Both the position numbers and the translations under genes were made by a program. This document shows, piece by piece, positions 1 to 13,416 of a stretch of 64,000 bases of DNA. The notes beneath the pieces are model-generated. The model was not told the DNA's origin. It saw only the letters and a list, made by a program, of their open reading frames with translations, and ran no database searches. Location: the NCBI GenBank assembly GCA_051362555.1, contig CM120646.1, positions 7,006,001-7,070,000 of the forward strand, written 5' to 3'. Numbering within the stretch: position 1 is the first letter of the stretch; every line of letters begins with the position of its first letter. Origin of the DNA: Lingula anatina. Its lineage: Eukaryota > Animalia > Brachiopoda.

Positions 1-282
1 GACATCAATTTTCTCGATATTTTTGTTAAGATCATCCTTGGTTTTGAATAGGTTATACTGAGTCATAAAGAGAAAACATTTTGTTTTATATTTCTCAGTC
101 TAACACGCATTGCATTCTTTCTACTTAAAATTCAAATTAATTTGTAACGGCAAATATGATGCCGTGTCTAACATTTGTTCTGCAAACGTGGCAGTACATG
201 TACAACTCAAGTATTTAGTGTAATTATGATTGTTCTGATTGTTTTATTTGGACAGCTAGATATTGGGTGACACTGTACTTAC

Positions 283-911
283 TTTTGATCCTGATAGCCA
301 GTTTCATCAATATCCATACGGTAAGCGCGATTATACACAGTTTTCATGTCGCTAGCTTGAAACCAAACTTGACAAAATTTGGGATAATTTATATAGTCAG
401 ACGATCCAATGTAAATGGCATTTACTCTCACAATTGGATAGTGCCTAAGAACAGTTCTGTTATCTAGAAAAGCCGAGAAAACTAAGAAGTCTCTGACTCC
501 CGTGTTCCACCATGTGAAGTTTTCCTTTATATCTGGTGCCACCTTCGGAAGATCAGGACAATCCGATGATATATGATCACCTTTTGTCGTAGATCCCGAT
601 AATTCGGCTTTAACGCCTTTTGGTGGCGAGAACGAGATATATGTTGGCGGGTCATATGGTGTCGTTTTAGGCAATTCATCATCACTTCTTGAGGAGTGGT
701 TATCATGGTTATCACCTCTAGGTGACATCTTTCCCACTTCCAAAGTCGTTTGTGCTTCGATGGTTTGACTTGCAGTGTCTAGGTACCGCGACCGAAGGTG
801 TGGTGATTTTCTAGGCCAAAGCAATCCACTGTTCAGATATGATAAAACGGCAAGAGAACAGAGACCCAGGAGAAGTACTGCGTGGAAAAGCTGCCTGCTG
901 CTTGGAGCCAT
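283..911 (-). CDS. First coding exon of a type II membrane glycosyltransferase, GT92/DUF23-like; gene continues beyond the left edge
   Basis: ATG at 911, N-terminal TM anchor (LFHAVLLLGLCSLAVLSYL), S/T/P-rich stem, then VFSAFLDxR...IVRVxAI...CQVWF as in GT92-like proteins. GTAAG donor at 282-278 and tttcaatgcag acceptor near 946, so a 5' UTR exon lies upstream. Confidence 0.65.
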
Positions 912-1174
912 ATTGAAAACCTCGACTTGATTAATTATTGATTACCTGCATTGAAAGATGTCGGTAGTGTTCTGGAGTGGTGTCTAATAGTTGTTTAGTT
1001 TTTAATTGAATTTTTGATTTGCTTTTCAATATTATATACCACGACTTTTGGGTAGAGTTCAAAGCACCAATCACTCTACACTATAAAGAGAGTTAGATAA
1101 AGAGTATAAGAGTGTAAGATTTTCAGTAGATATATTTATGACACAACAACAACAAGGCAGTACCCACTCCTTAA

Positions 1175-3636
1175 AGGACAATGTTCATGTAAAAATCCAT
1201 TTCTCGAATTTTGAAGATACAGCACTCAATCTATACACTAGAGGTATGTTTTAATCGATCCCCGCCATTTAAAAATTATAAAAACAATCTATTAGTAGAA
1301 AAAAGCGTTTTAGTAAACCTCACCTCAATATGCAAAAATGAAGCAACAGATCTGGGTCACGTGGTACTGTGACGACAATCACGATAAAGGTCTATGAGAC
1401 TCAACTGAGCTGCATGGTGCATACAGACGGAGAAGTTAAGGAAAGTTGTGTTGAACGGAGTTGAGGAATTTTCGTTATGCCTCGGTGTGTTGCCGTGGGA
1501 TTCACCAAAATTGCAGCTCTCGTTGACAATCTTTCTTTGTCTGTGACGGTCTTCCGTGACTTACTTACTAACTTCGGTGACAATAGTTGCGATGCTCTAG
1601 ATCATGGTCACCTCAGGTGGTTTAGATCATATCAAGAGCTGGTAGTCTTTCAGATTAACTGTCATCAGTTGGCAAACTTACTGATTGCTGATGCATTTTA
1701 AATGCATTGTAGTTGACCAAAAGCTCGTTTACAACAAACCTGTTAATTATGCACCGCTGCAATTCCCAAGCCAGGTAATAACAGGTATGAAACTCGTCTT
1801 GGTGGGCTTTCATATTTTTCAATATATCTCATTTATTTCATGGGGTTATTTTATTGGTATTTGTAAATGACGTTAAATATCAATACTTAAACAATTAAGT
1901 TCAAACACGGTCGCGAACATTAATAAAAGAAATTGCTCTCAGGGTATCTTGAAGCTTCCGTGGAAGAAAACGTGTTGAGTAAAAACAGGAAAAAGAACGT
2001 TATATTAAAGAAAAAATGGGAACTGCTATAATAAAATGGTTCATTATCCTAATTCGTTTATGCTTTGAGGATTTGTTTCTGAAGATTATTTCATCTGAAA
2101 TATTAAATTATTTAAAAGATTGATAAATTTTTAACTTGAAACGCAAATTCTGCGTCAGTACGCAATTTTTTTTTTTTTGCAAATTTGTAAGCTTATAACA
2201 CCGTGCTATAAAGATCTACTCAAGAAAAAAATTTGCTTGGGTAAAATTGAGTACGGAATGAACTGGAGACACTTGGCTTGTCATTAAGTTTACACGAAAA
2301 TATGTCAGGTAACTTTATACTGTATTTGAAAGAGTAAAGATTGAAAGATAATTTTAGACAAACTTTGACGGGGGAAATACCTACAAAGAGTAATGGGCTA
2401 TTTCGCCAACATCTTGTTGAAAATTTTACACTGCAATTCTATTCAAATAAGCTAAGGAACTAATTGCCAAATTAATACTCTCATCACATAACAGGGGGGT
2501 AACCAGACCTGCAAAAATTGTACGCACATATTTAAAAAGATTACAAGCACATACAGCAAAATGTAGACTTACGCAAAACATGAAGGACAGCGTAATCACA
2601 GCAAATGTACCTCATATAGTAGCTTAATTTCCATTAATAATAAAATCATCATTTAAGTCAAAAATATTCTTGCGATTTAATAACTATTTTAATTTACCCA
2701 GAACGGTATATTTATTTTAAAGGCGGTTAACTGAAATATAGTTTTATGATTTGTTTGTGAAAATTGCCCATGTCACCCTGTTAGTTTGGAGGTCTAAGCT
2801 GGATCAAGTCCGTGTTAAAATTCCTATGAAGTTGTGCAGGAAAAATTCTTCCTTTCTTTCTCTAGCTCCTCGATAAACCTGGTGTTCAGATTTTATCTAG
2901 TACCCCCAGGTCTACGGGAGCTGCGCTTTGTAACTAACGCACAGGTAGATTTTTACCTGAGATAACTGGAGTAAAGCTTAGATAGAGAGTGCGTTCGATA
3001 CAAGCAAGACAAATTGAATGCCATTTAACCCTCTAATTAAGAGGTAAAGGAAGTTCCAGGTAGATGGATGATTAAGATAGGACTTGTAAAGGTAACGGGC
3101 ATTGTTTACCTCAGTTTAATAAAAGTATGCAAGACGGAGTGTCAGCGGTTTAATAAAATAAATTGAATTTCACAAATAACATGGACCTCATATGCAATAA
3201 TCAACATTTCCCTTAACTCATTCAAATGCAGTGTTTTATACAACTTGGGATAACCATAATGAAATGCTTGTTAAAGAAATGACTAGACGGGAAATGGTTT
3301 TACACAGCTTCTTGAGGATTTAGACCCCTCGGGTAAGAGATTTGAATGAGTATAAACTTTTATCAGAAGCCAGAGAAGTCATCTTACAGGTAGACAATGC
3401 AGCTCAGTTTGACAGCTAAGCACGCTCTGTTCTCCAGTGGCTCGATTGTCGTCATTGGACCACGTGACCACGTAGCTCATTAACTCCCAGGCCGAGCAAA
3501 TAGGACGTTTTTTAAAGCCAAATATTTACAAAATGAGCTTTTAATTTGTGTATTTGGATAAAGATATCGTTAGTTGGGCATGTTTTCTGAAGAATATGTT
3601 CCGTTCAGTCCATTCTGACGGCATGAAGCAAACCCT
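1175..3636. mobile_element. Kolobok-like non-autonomous DNA transposon, about 2.46 kb
   Basis: TTAA on both flanks (1171-1174, 3637-3640). Imperfect termini AGGACAATGTTCATG versus reverse complement AGGGTTTGCTTCATG. GTCACGTGG motif near both ends. No intact transposase ORF. Confidence 0.5.
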
Positions 3637-4009
3637 TTAAATAAGCCACTCCTGAAATCCAGTCGTGCTAATAAAGTAAATTCCTAACAACAACTCAGGA
3701 GAAAAATGCTTGGAAAAGTGCACATACATAAGCCAGAGACATATCTGTGCTGTGAATATCTAATGAAAAATAAATCTGTGTTTCTGGGAGTTGGGTAGTT
3801 TTCAGACCTAAAATTGTTTAAAGGCAGTGTATCTGTACTGTGACATGTTCAAATGACAATGCAAAGGCTGATGAAAAAAAAACGCAATAAATAATAAGAG
3901 ATACTGTATTGATTGAAACCCTGTTCTCAACATACACGTCAACGGCAATGATATATTTTTTAAATACTAAAAATGAAAGCATTCTCGTAACTTCTGCGTG
4001 ACGCAAGCG

Positions 4010-4135
4010 CAGACGTCATTTCCGTTCCGCATTACAGAGTCCTCCGTTGCCTAGCAACATGGCGGATTATTGAGGTGTGTTTGATATGCAGCCTGATGAT
4101 TGGCTGGCGATCAGGTCCCATGCGCATTGTAAGTA
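4010..4135. promoter_or_regulatory. CpG-rich promoter with RFX X-box, YY1 and CRE-like motifs
   Basis: GACGTCA at 4012-4018, GTTGCCTAGCAAC at 4046-4058, AACATGGCGG at 4056-4065, ATTGG at about 4099, CATGCGCA at about 4119, and a GTAAGT donor-like site at about 4128. Confidence 0.55.
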
Positions 4136-4535
4136 CATTATCCTAACCGCAGAGGTATTTTATGGATATTACCCACACGCTTTGGAATGCAGAGCCATAT
4201 ATCACTATATCGTAAGGTGGTTCACCACCTGCACATTTTATGTATGAATGGCATAACGTTTGCATTAAGAAATATAGAATACCAATAACATTTAAATATC
4301 CAGTTATTTTTTTCAAGAATACTCATTGCAAATGCTCTAGTATTTATTCTTCACTGATTATTAAGACGGTATAAACAAAGTAATCGTTAGCACATGTGTT
4401 AAAAGAACACTGTCATAAATTCGCGTCTCTTAATTACATGAACTGTATATTTCTTTTTATTCGTTTTAGATGTGTGACGTGATGACATTTGTAAGCAGCC
4501 TTGAGTCGTTTGTGTGGCGCTCAGTTTTAAAGAAT

Positions 4536-4547
<12 letters not shown>

Positions 4548-4597
<50 letters not shown>
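4548..4597. repeat. (TTA)n microsatellite, possibly the tail of an L2-type SINE/LINE fragment
   Basis: Direct reading. Preceded by a TTGTAAGCAGCCTTGAG... tail-like segment. Confidence 0.8.
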
Positions 4598-4934
4598 GTT
4601 TTAGCATAGCCAAAAAATATTATAACATTTTGTCCAAAACAAAACTGGCATAATTAAATTTGTATGATTAGATATTCAATTAACTGACTTTGCCGAATTG
4701 AATTCGGCAGCCATCGTAAGCTGTTCCACATCAATGATTATGTGTCGTTAAATGTTTAAACGTAATTTAGACTTTACAATTGATTTTTTGTGGAACATGC
4801 CAGACATGTCGTACAAAGTAACTATAACTGTTTTCGCGAGGTCAAAGGCCTTTTTTGCTACAGTTTAGATTTATGTTGCAGTTAACGCCTCATTCCAAAT
4901 GGACATTAAGAGTGCAAAGGTACTTAGCAAGGCC

Positions 4935-5085
4935 TGAGCACGTTCTTGGCACAAACTTGACGTGGTTTTACTGGTGCGCATGCGCTACCGATCAAGGTAT
5001 CATCGCGGCATCCAAACGTGTTGCTCATCGCGTAGGTTATGTCCCCGAGGAGTGCGTTTCCCCGGGCCTAGCGTATATAAAAGCC
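4935..5085 (+). promoter_or_regulatory. AOX proximal promoter: TATA box, NRF1 site, ACGTG cores
   Basis: TATATAAAAG at 5074-5083, about 100 bp before the ATG. TGCGCATGCGC at 4975-4985. ACGTG cores at 4939-4943 (-), 4960-4964 and 5016-5020. TGACGTGG at 4958-4965. Confidence 0.6.
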
Positions 5086-5180
5086 TTGCGTCAGATGGTC
5101 AGGTCAAGCGTCAGCCAGATCAGTCTAAGTGAATTGAGAGAGTGGATTTTTATTTCGGCTTTCGTCTCTTACGGAATAAA

Positions 5181-6275
5181 ATGGCTGCAAGGGGATTTCG
5201 ACAGTTGGCGGGCAGTTGTCGCACAGGGTGCCTACACTGCAGGCTGGGACTTGTGATGGAAATGCAGAGAATAACACCCGTCGTCTCTACCATACATGCC
5301 AGACAGGTAGGTTTGTTCTTTGTGTTTTTTTAAGGCAAATTTGCTCTATATGGAGCATTTTATTTTCTAGAAATTCAATCACCAAGTGCCCTTTTACTAT
5401 TTTCGGATATTTTCAAACAATGACCATCTATAAGCCCGCGTTTTTTGAAAAACAAAAACCTGAGAAAGCGAGGAAACATTAATCAGAATGTTTTGCTTGC
5501 GCCTAAATAATTTAAACCAGCAATATAGACGTAGACATTTATTGTAATTTGTAACGCATTTCTTCAACTTGTTGCGTGAAAAACGTGAATATTTTAGCTA
5601 TATCCGAAGGCGATTTAAAGATATTTTGTCATTTTCTTACTGGATTTTCGAAAAAAAAACTACAAATCTATATAACAATGATTATTGTATTTTAATGAAC
5701 ATCTAAGGATAAATTATTATTAAAACTTTTAGTAATAATGTGCAAAGGTAACACATTTGGACAGATCTTTTGAATACGCAGCCCCGTATGAATGGGCTTA
5801 GTTACATGTGCCATCAGAACTCAGAAATACAAATTCAGCAGATGGCTTGAAAAAGCACTAAAACTTGTCTAAAAGTTATGTTACTGAGCAGCTTCTATGT
5901 TGCAGAAAATTATATTTGGACTTTTTTTCTCTTTACTTATTATACCATTACTCTTAAGCTAAAATGATCTTTGTAAACTCGTATCGTATTTGTGAATTGT
6001 ACAGAACGTATTTTATGGATTTTAGACTTTAAATAGATTTATTTTAATTATAATTATTACATTAATTTAAACATAAATAGGCCTATATTATTAATTATTT
6101 TGTAACGAATTCTTGTCTTAACGGGAACATTGGTCACTTTCAGATCTGTTATACCCAACCCCGCCCTGCCGTTAGCGCAATTATTGCTGAAGCCAAAGAA
6201 CGGTCAAAGAGAGAAGACTACGAACATTTTCGGTGAGGAGATATAAAGATAGCATTAATTAATTAATTAATTAAT

Positions 6276-6314
<39 letters not shown>

Positions 6315-9300
6315 TTAATGATAATTAATCCTGGTCAGGCAGAGAACGATATTGTAAGTTTGATAGCACTCAGCGTCTCACACGGCAGCGGGGCTGTATC
6401 CTCCCCAGGGAGGCGAGATTGTACACAGCGTGTTTTGACCAGTTGTATACTTGTTATATGTATGTACATATTTGTAAAGTCTAACGAACATATTCATATG
6501 GAGTTTAGACTTAAAATAAATGTATTATTATTATGTATTATAAGCATTAATGAAACCGCATCAATCATTCTTCACCCGATCACATGTAGTGGAATCAGAA
6601 TTCGAAATGGACAAATACTGAAATGCTTGCTCGCATTTTTTTAGGATTAAAGAGTGACATTGGGTCTCTCTTGAACATATATAGGATCACGTTGTGGAAT
6701 CCTGCACCAATTCCACATTGTATAATCATAATAGTCAACATGTTATTATCTACTTTGCGTTTGTCCTGCATACATAAATATTATTTTCTGTAGAGGACCA
6801 TAGGTAGGCCTATGCCTGAAACAGATGCATATCACCTGTTAATATTGCACAACAATTAGTATGTTAATAAGTAGCAGTCACTTGTACGCCTAGATTCCCT
6901 GTAGATAGTGTGTATAAAATGTGAATGTTTTAAGGCTGGGTCACACTGCGCTTGCAACCTTTTGGCAACCTCTTTGCAACCACAAAATCTGGTGGTCGCT
7001 TGCGATCACTTTGCGACCTAATCTGCATATTTTGATCGGCAAGCAGTTGCTAACCGGTTGCAACAAGGTTACAGAATGGTATCTGCAACCTCGTACAGAC
7101 AATCTTCAAGTCAGAGGTTATCAGTCGCACACCGTTAGGCGAGCGAGAAACAACCTGTCAGCAACCACTTGGAGACTGAAAACCGGTTGCAGGACTGTAG
7201 CGATCGCTTGCCAACTGGTAGCAGCAAGGTTGCACAGACTATATATATTTTATAAGTTGTGACGATAGCTACCTTCTCGTAAATTTCCCTCTCGGATGAC
7301 AACAGAGGGAATATCTTAAATATTATTATACAATGATTGGATTCGTTCCGTAGCAGCTTCAAATGATTTAATATTTTGAATATTAAAGTATGATTCTGCT
7401 ATGAGATTCTGTTATAACGTCACAGTCGATTTCTGTACTACCAGTATTGTCAAACTTACAATAATAAATAAGAAATATATTTGTACTATATATTGGCATT
7501 TTGTACTATATATTGGCATTCAAACCAGTGGTGTAATAAAACACATATTTGGATGTTTTTCAGCCTAATTAATGTAATAATAGGCATGCATAGTTACTTT
7601 TTTCAATACTTGGGCTCTTCGAGGTCGCAAGGCCTGTGCAGTTACGGTCACACTGAACAAAAAACCTCCTTGCGACTTGCAACTGTCACCGGTTGCAGAA
7701 AGGTGGGCGACAAGTTGCAACAACTCGCAACGTGGTCTCCAAATGAACGCTGGGTTACTATCCGGTCGCGCCGGTTTTCGGTGCAGCACCGAAAACCTCC
7801 TGGCGACCGAAAAGCCTATTTGTGGTATCCAACCGGTTGCTAAAAGGTCGCCGACTGCTTAGCAACTGATTTGCGACCGATTGTGTGGTTTTCCCTTTGT
7901 CTTTGTAGCCCCAAGCGTTGCACTTACAATACAACATCATTAAATAGTGAAGGATCCTGCGCGTCATCAATTTGTTTCCGTCCTTGTGGTACGAATTCTA
8001 AGTACTGGGAGGAAGTTAAAATTTGTATTTATTTGACCTTCTTTATATTGGTGACACTGTTTCATTGTTATAAAAATGCCTGAAAATTAAATTTATTGTA
8101 AAAAGTATGAATCAAACTTTGCTATTTACTTTTTTTCTCTGCGCCCGCCTATTTGCTTATACCCCCTTTACACTGGACGGCGTCCTTTCTGCGACCATGA
8201 AATTTGGCATCGCTGTGGTCTTAATAAGGAGGCACGAGCATTAATTTTTTATCAGAATGAATGCTCAATGATCAGCCAGTTGTCGGCACGTAAAATATTA
8301 AAAAATTTTAACTCTCAAATGGGGCCGGACTGCTGGACGCAGAAAGGACGCCGTCCAGTGTAAAGGGGCCCTTAGTTTTTCTTCCATTGTGACTTGGCAA
8401 ATTATGACTTGGCAAATTAAAAAAGTAAGATATTTCCGGCTGCTTTAGTCATTAAAAAATGTTTCCAGTAAATTTGACAACAATAGTTGTCAGAAATTAG
8501 CCATGATATAGGAATGGATAAAAAGATAACAGTTTATCGTTTACATTGTGATCATCATTATTGATTGTTTTGGCACTTTTGTATTCCACTGATAACTGTA
8601 TTTAAAAATTATTATCAATAAACATTAAAGAAAATTATCCATTTATTTCGACTCATTAAATGTTATACTCGGAAGCCAATTGATGCTACAAACTAAATGT
8701 TACACTAAGTAACAAAATATTTAATTATAATACTAATTGTTTTGACGCTTTTGTACTCCACTGATAACTGCATAGAAAAATAATTATCACTTCACGTTAA
8801 ACAAACTAAATTGCCTTTTACTTTTATTTTTCAAACTTTCAATTTATTTCGACTCAGTAAATTTTATACTTGGAAGCCAATTGATGCTACAAACAAAACG
8901 TTGCACTTAATAAAATAATATTTAATTATAAAACTATTCTTATCTTAGACTTTATCAATTACACTGTTTTTATGAGACTGCATTTAGTAACATGATAAAT
9001 CATCAATAAAAACTCCATGTGTGCCCTGGTGTCAAATGCTGAGAAGTGGACGCGGGAGCAGAAAGAGCAGAAGTGGGTGTTGGGATAGAGAGAATGGTTA
9101 AAGCCGAAGTGTTCAATGGAGAAGGAAAAGATGTGTTTACTTGAGGGTGTTGAGGAGTAAACAAAAATGTAGGCCTGTAACTGAGTTTCGCCTTTTGGTT
9201 GCGTGCTTTTAGAATTAAGTCCATGCTCTGTTGTTGAAATATCGCCCACTGTTGCTCAGATAGATTGTCAACTTCCGTAGCTAAATAGGGACTCATACAT

Positions 9301-12300
9301 TTATTTATTTTATTGAAAAAAAAAATACTTATGAAAACCTTGTAAATAAATTAAAAAAGATGACAACAAATACAATCTACGTTTTAATTGAGAAATAACG
9401 ATTTTTGTCAAGATATTTAGAAGGCCTTAATGGCATTATATAAATGAAAAAGATATTTATATATTTATTGGCCACCATCCTACGCTTATTTTATCACGGT
9501 TGCTTGCAACCTTCTCGCGACATGTTTTCGAGTGCATGCGAGCTGTAAGAAACCTGTTAGAGACCAAGCGACTAAAGACCGTTAATCGACCATGAAGTTT
9601 CAACTGCAACCTGCTGGCGACCTGCTGCCCACCGCTTGCAACCGGTTAGTAACCTGTTTGCAACTAAGCGACTAAAGACCGTCAATCGACCGTGCAGTTA
9701 CAGGTGGTATGCGACTGGTTTTAGTCTGGTTACAGCGACCTACTGGCAACCAAGAGGATACCTATAGGCAACCTCTCAGTTACCAATCGTTTTTACTATC
9801 AGTCGCACTGGTTGTCGGTGCAAAAAAAATGGCCTTCGTGTGTCAACGATCGCAGGCGACCTGTTTGCAACCTAATGCGACCACTTTAAAACCTATGGCA
9901 ACCTTCTTGCGACTAAGGTTGCAAAGAGGTTGCCAAAAGGTTGCAAGCGCAGTGTGACCCAGCCTTTACATAATAAAGACACTTTACGCGACACATTTCA
10001 TGAACTTAGGGGCACCATGTATTTCTGAGAAAATGCGATGTCACGTGATGTGCTTTCGTTCAAGGACTTTCAGAAGAACTCCCATCACGTTTTCGTGGAG
10101 TAATTTATGGATGATGATATTTATTGATTTTGAGGTCATTTGGAGAATAAGCACCCGTCACGTCTGTGTGACGTTATTTATGGATGGATTTTTGCCATTT
10201 ATCGATTTGGCTTAAAAAGGCTGGAAAGTTTATTGGGAAAATTAATGGCCGTATATTATAAAGCTACATTTGTTACCTTTTTCAGTTCTTTTTTATTCAA
10301 ATTAATTACTCAGTCCATCTATGCTTCTGTTTGTTCTCCGATTGTCTGACCGTATTCATGTCCTTCCATGCTGTATATTTAATTATCTTATTATATGTTC
10401 ATTCAATTTTATATTTTATTGTTATTTATTTGTGATTTACATGTAATAATTCTAGGATGAAAGAGTACCGTGAAGCTGACGAGAAAGCAGGCAAACACAC
10501 GTCCGGAGACGACTACCTTCTACCGCACCCTGTCTGGTGAGCATTAACTGAGATTGGTAAGACTTTTAATAATGTGTAACGATCTCGACACGGCGAGTAT
10601 TTTCCAAATATTTTTTTTAATCTCACCTAACTAAACCTCCATTAAATGTGACACAGAGTTAAATGTTGCATCTTCAAGTACACCTCTAAATTCATTTCTT
10701 GAATAAATCCTCCCTTTCGTTTTATCGTTCACCTAAAACTATAATATTTTCAAGAAAAAAAATGACTGATTCAACGGGGTATTGTTGCAGGACCGAAAAA
10801 GAGCTGAAGTCTGTAGAAATTTCTCATCATATACCGGAGTGCATCACAGATTATGTAAGTGCAATTGTAGTGTTTTCACAGTTACCTGCGTTTGATTTTA
10901 GGACCCTTATAATCATCATAATTGTGTTTCTAGTATTATCTCTTTAAAATTTGTCGAAATAAAGATCGACAGTTCAAGTTATTTCTCAGTTCGTCAGCAC
11001 TCACCGGCTATTATACTACAGTATATGCCTTAATTTCGGAAACAATATTCATTATAAGCCGATAAATCTATATAACGTTTTTTGTTCCCATCATCTATTG
11101 CTCTTTTTTTTATTTAGATCGCATATTACACCATTCAAGGTATCAGAGGAGCATTTGATTTTGTCACAGGGTTCAACCGATCACGAACTGAACACAAATG
11201 GGTCAAGTTAGTATACTTTTATATTTCTAGGGTTACATATGTTGGTTTGCGAGGTATGGCCAGCGATATTACCCTATTTTGTTCCAAAAACAAAACAAAA
11301 AAGACAATAAATATATTTGCTTTTTTTATTTTATTCCCCCTTTTTAGAAGGGGGGGGGGGGACTAAAAACGGTTAAATTGGTAACGAGGATTACAGGTAA
11401 AGATGGTCTGATAATCACAAGATTTACATAATTATGGAATATTAACAAGATCCTTATTTTGAGCATATGTTTTATATTTTGATAACCCTTCCCATTTAAT
11501 AAATTTTTCGTACACATAAAATTTGGTAATATAAAAAATGTACTGGAGTGACACAAAATTTTTGGTAAAATCTATAAAAGGAAAGGATATTCCTGAAGGG
11601 GAAATTCTCTTACATAGCGGGTGTCATCATAACTCATAGTCCTTTTATATGCCTTAATTTTAAAAAAAAATTAATAATAAGCCGATAAATCTAGATATAG
11701 TGTTTTGTTCCTTTGACCCTATTGTAAGTTGCACTTTCATCTTTATAGCCGTATTATGTTCCTGGAAACCGTAGCTGGAGTTCCGGGAATGGTGGCAGCC
11801 ATGGTCAGACATCTGAGATCTCTTAGAAAAATGCTTCCAGACCACGGTTGGATACACACATTAATAGGTAACACGTGTTTTTTGTTTTAATTATTAGAAT
11901 AATGTGGCGTAAAACAAATTATTAATGCATTTCAAGTCCTGAACTTGTACAATGTATTTCTCAACATCTTATTCAGTATTTTAAATTTGTAATTTATTTG
12001 TATCTAATTTAGCATATTTGCAATCGAAATCAGGTCTGATTTGATAAAAACACACTTTCAGGGTACCATAGAGCGCATATGGCCGACCGAATGCTTCTTG
12101 CGTAATCCCCGTGAGGAATCTATTCAGTGTCTAACGGGAATTAAGCGACAAGCTTTTAAATGGGTCGTCATATTTGATCTGCGGATCTGTTAGTCCATTG
12201 TTCTGTATGCGCTCCTACATACATTAATCTATATCAATATAACATTTACTTCTCATATTGTAGAGGAAGCAGAAAACGAGAGAATGCACCTCATGACAGC

Positions 12301-12999
12301 CATACAACTAAGGCAGCCAGGACTGCCCTTCAGACTGGGTGTCATTGGAGCACAAGGTAGGAAACTGAAACCAACCTTACATCACCATGAAGAGAATACC
12401 ATGAAGATATTGCCATGAACAGAATACCATGAACATGTTGCCATGAACAGAATACAATGAAGTTATTACCATGAACACATTTCCCTGACTACATTACCAT
12501 GAACATCTAACTAGTTACACGTTACCATGAAGATATTACCATGAACACCAACGACATTCAGTTTGGGCATTATTATTTTTTTAATGATCTTTTTAGCATA
12601 TCTTTGTGAGTTTGGTGTAAGAATTAACTTTAAATTGTATCGAAAAATCATCGCTTTGTCTTGCAGGCGGGTTCCTGGTATTCTTTGCAGTAAGTTACTT
12701 GATCAGTCCTCGGTATTGCCACCGCCTGGTCGGATACCTCGAGGAGGAGGCGGTGAAAACCTATACAAAGTGCTTGAGGGTAAGCAGGGCGTTATGAAGG
12801 GGAAGCCGAGGTCATCGCTTATAAATACCGATATTTGATTGCTTACTTTTTCTTCTTTGGAGTTTCTTTCTTTGTAGATGACGTAATAGTATTTCGGGAA
12901 AAAAATGTTTTGAGATTTCAACTGCCAGAGAAGTAGCTGGTCGTATTGGAACATGATATTTCCTTCTTGATATTTTAAAAATATTTCGTTGGTTTGTAT

Positions 13000-13053
<54 letters not shown>

Positions 13054-13368
13054 AAGAGAGAGAGAAGTAATGAAGATGATTTTCTTTCAGGACATAGACG
13101 CAGGTTGTTTAACAGAATGGAACATAAAACCTGCTCCACCCATAGCCATCAAGTACTGGAATATGAGTGTAAGTCTTGATTTTGATTTATAGTCAGCCTG
13201 AATTATAATGTCATATAGGCCTAATTTGCATGTCCAGCAGACAGCCAAAATAGCCAATAGCGCCGGTGGAATAATGTTTATATTATAATTAATTTCCTCC
13301 GGCAGTTTTGTTTCCTTTAAAAGGCTATCACAACTGCCTTTTTTAACTTAAATCATTACGCACTGACA

Positions 13369-13416
<48 letters not shown>

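Noticed and set aside
4855-5256. 133-aa ORF upstream of AOX
   Set aside because: Non-ATG start, runs through the promoter motifs, and no recognisable domain.
12381-12549. Short repeats with variable spacers
   Set aside because: A degenerate 14-bp minisatellite in an intron, not CRISPR.
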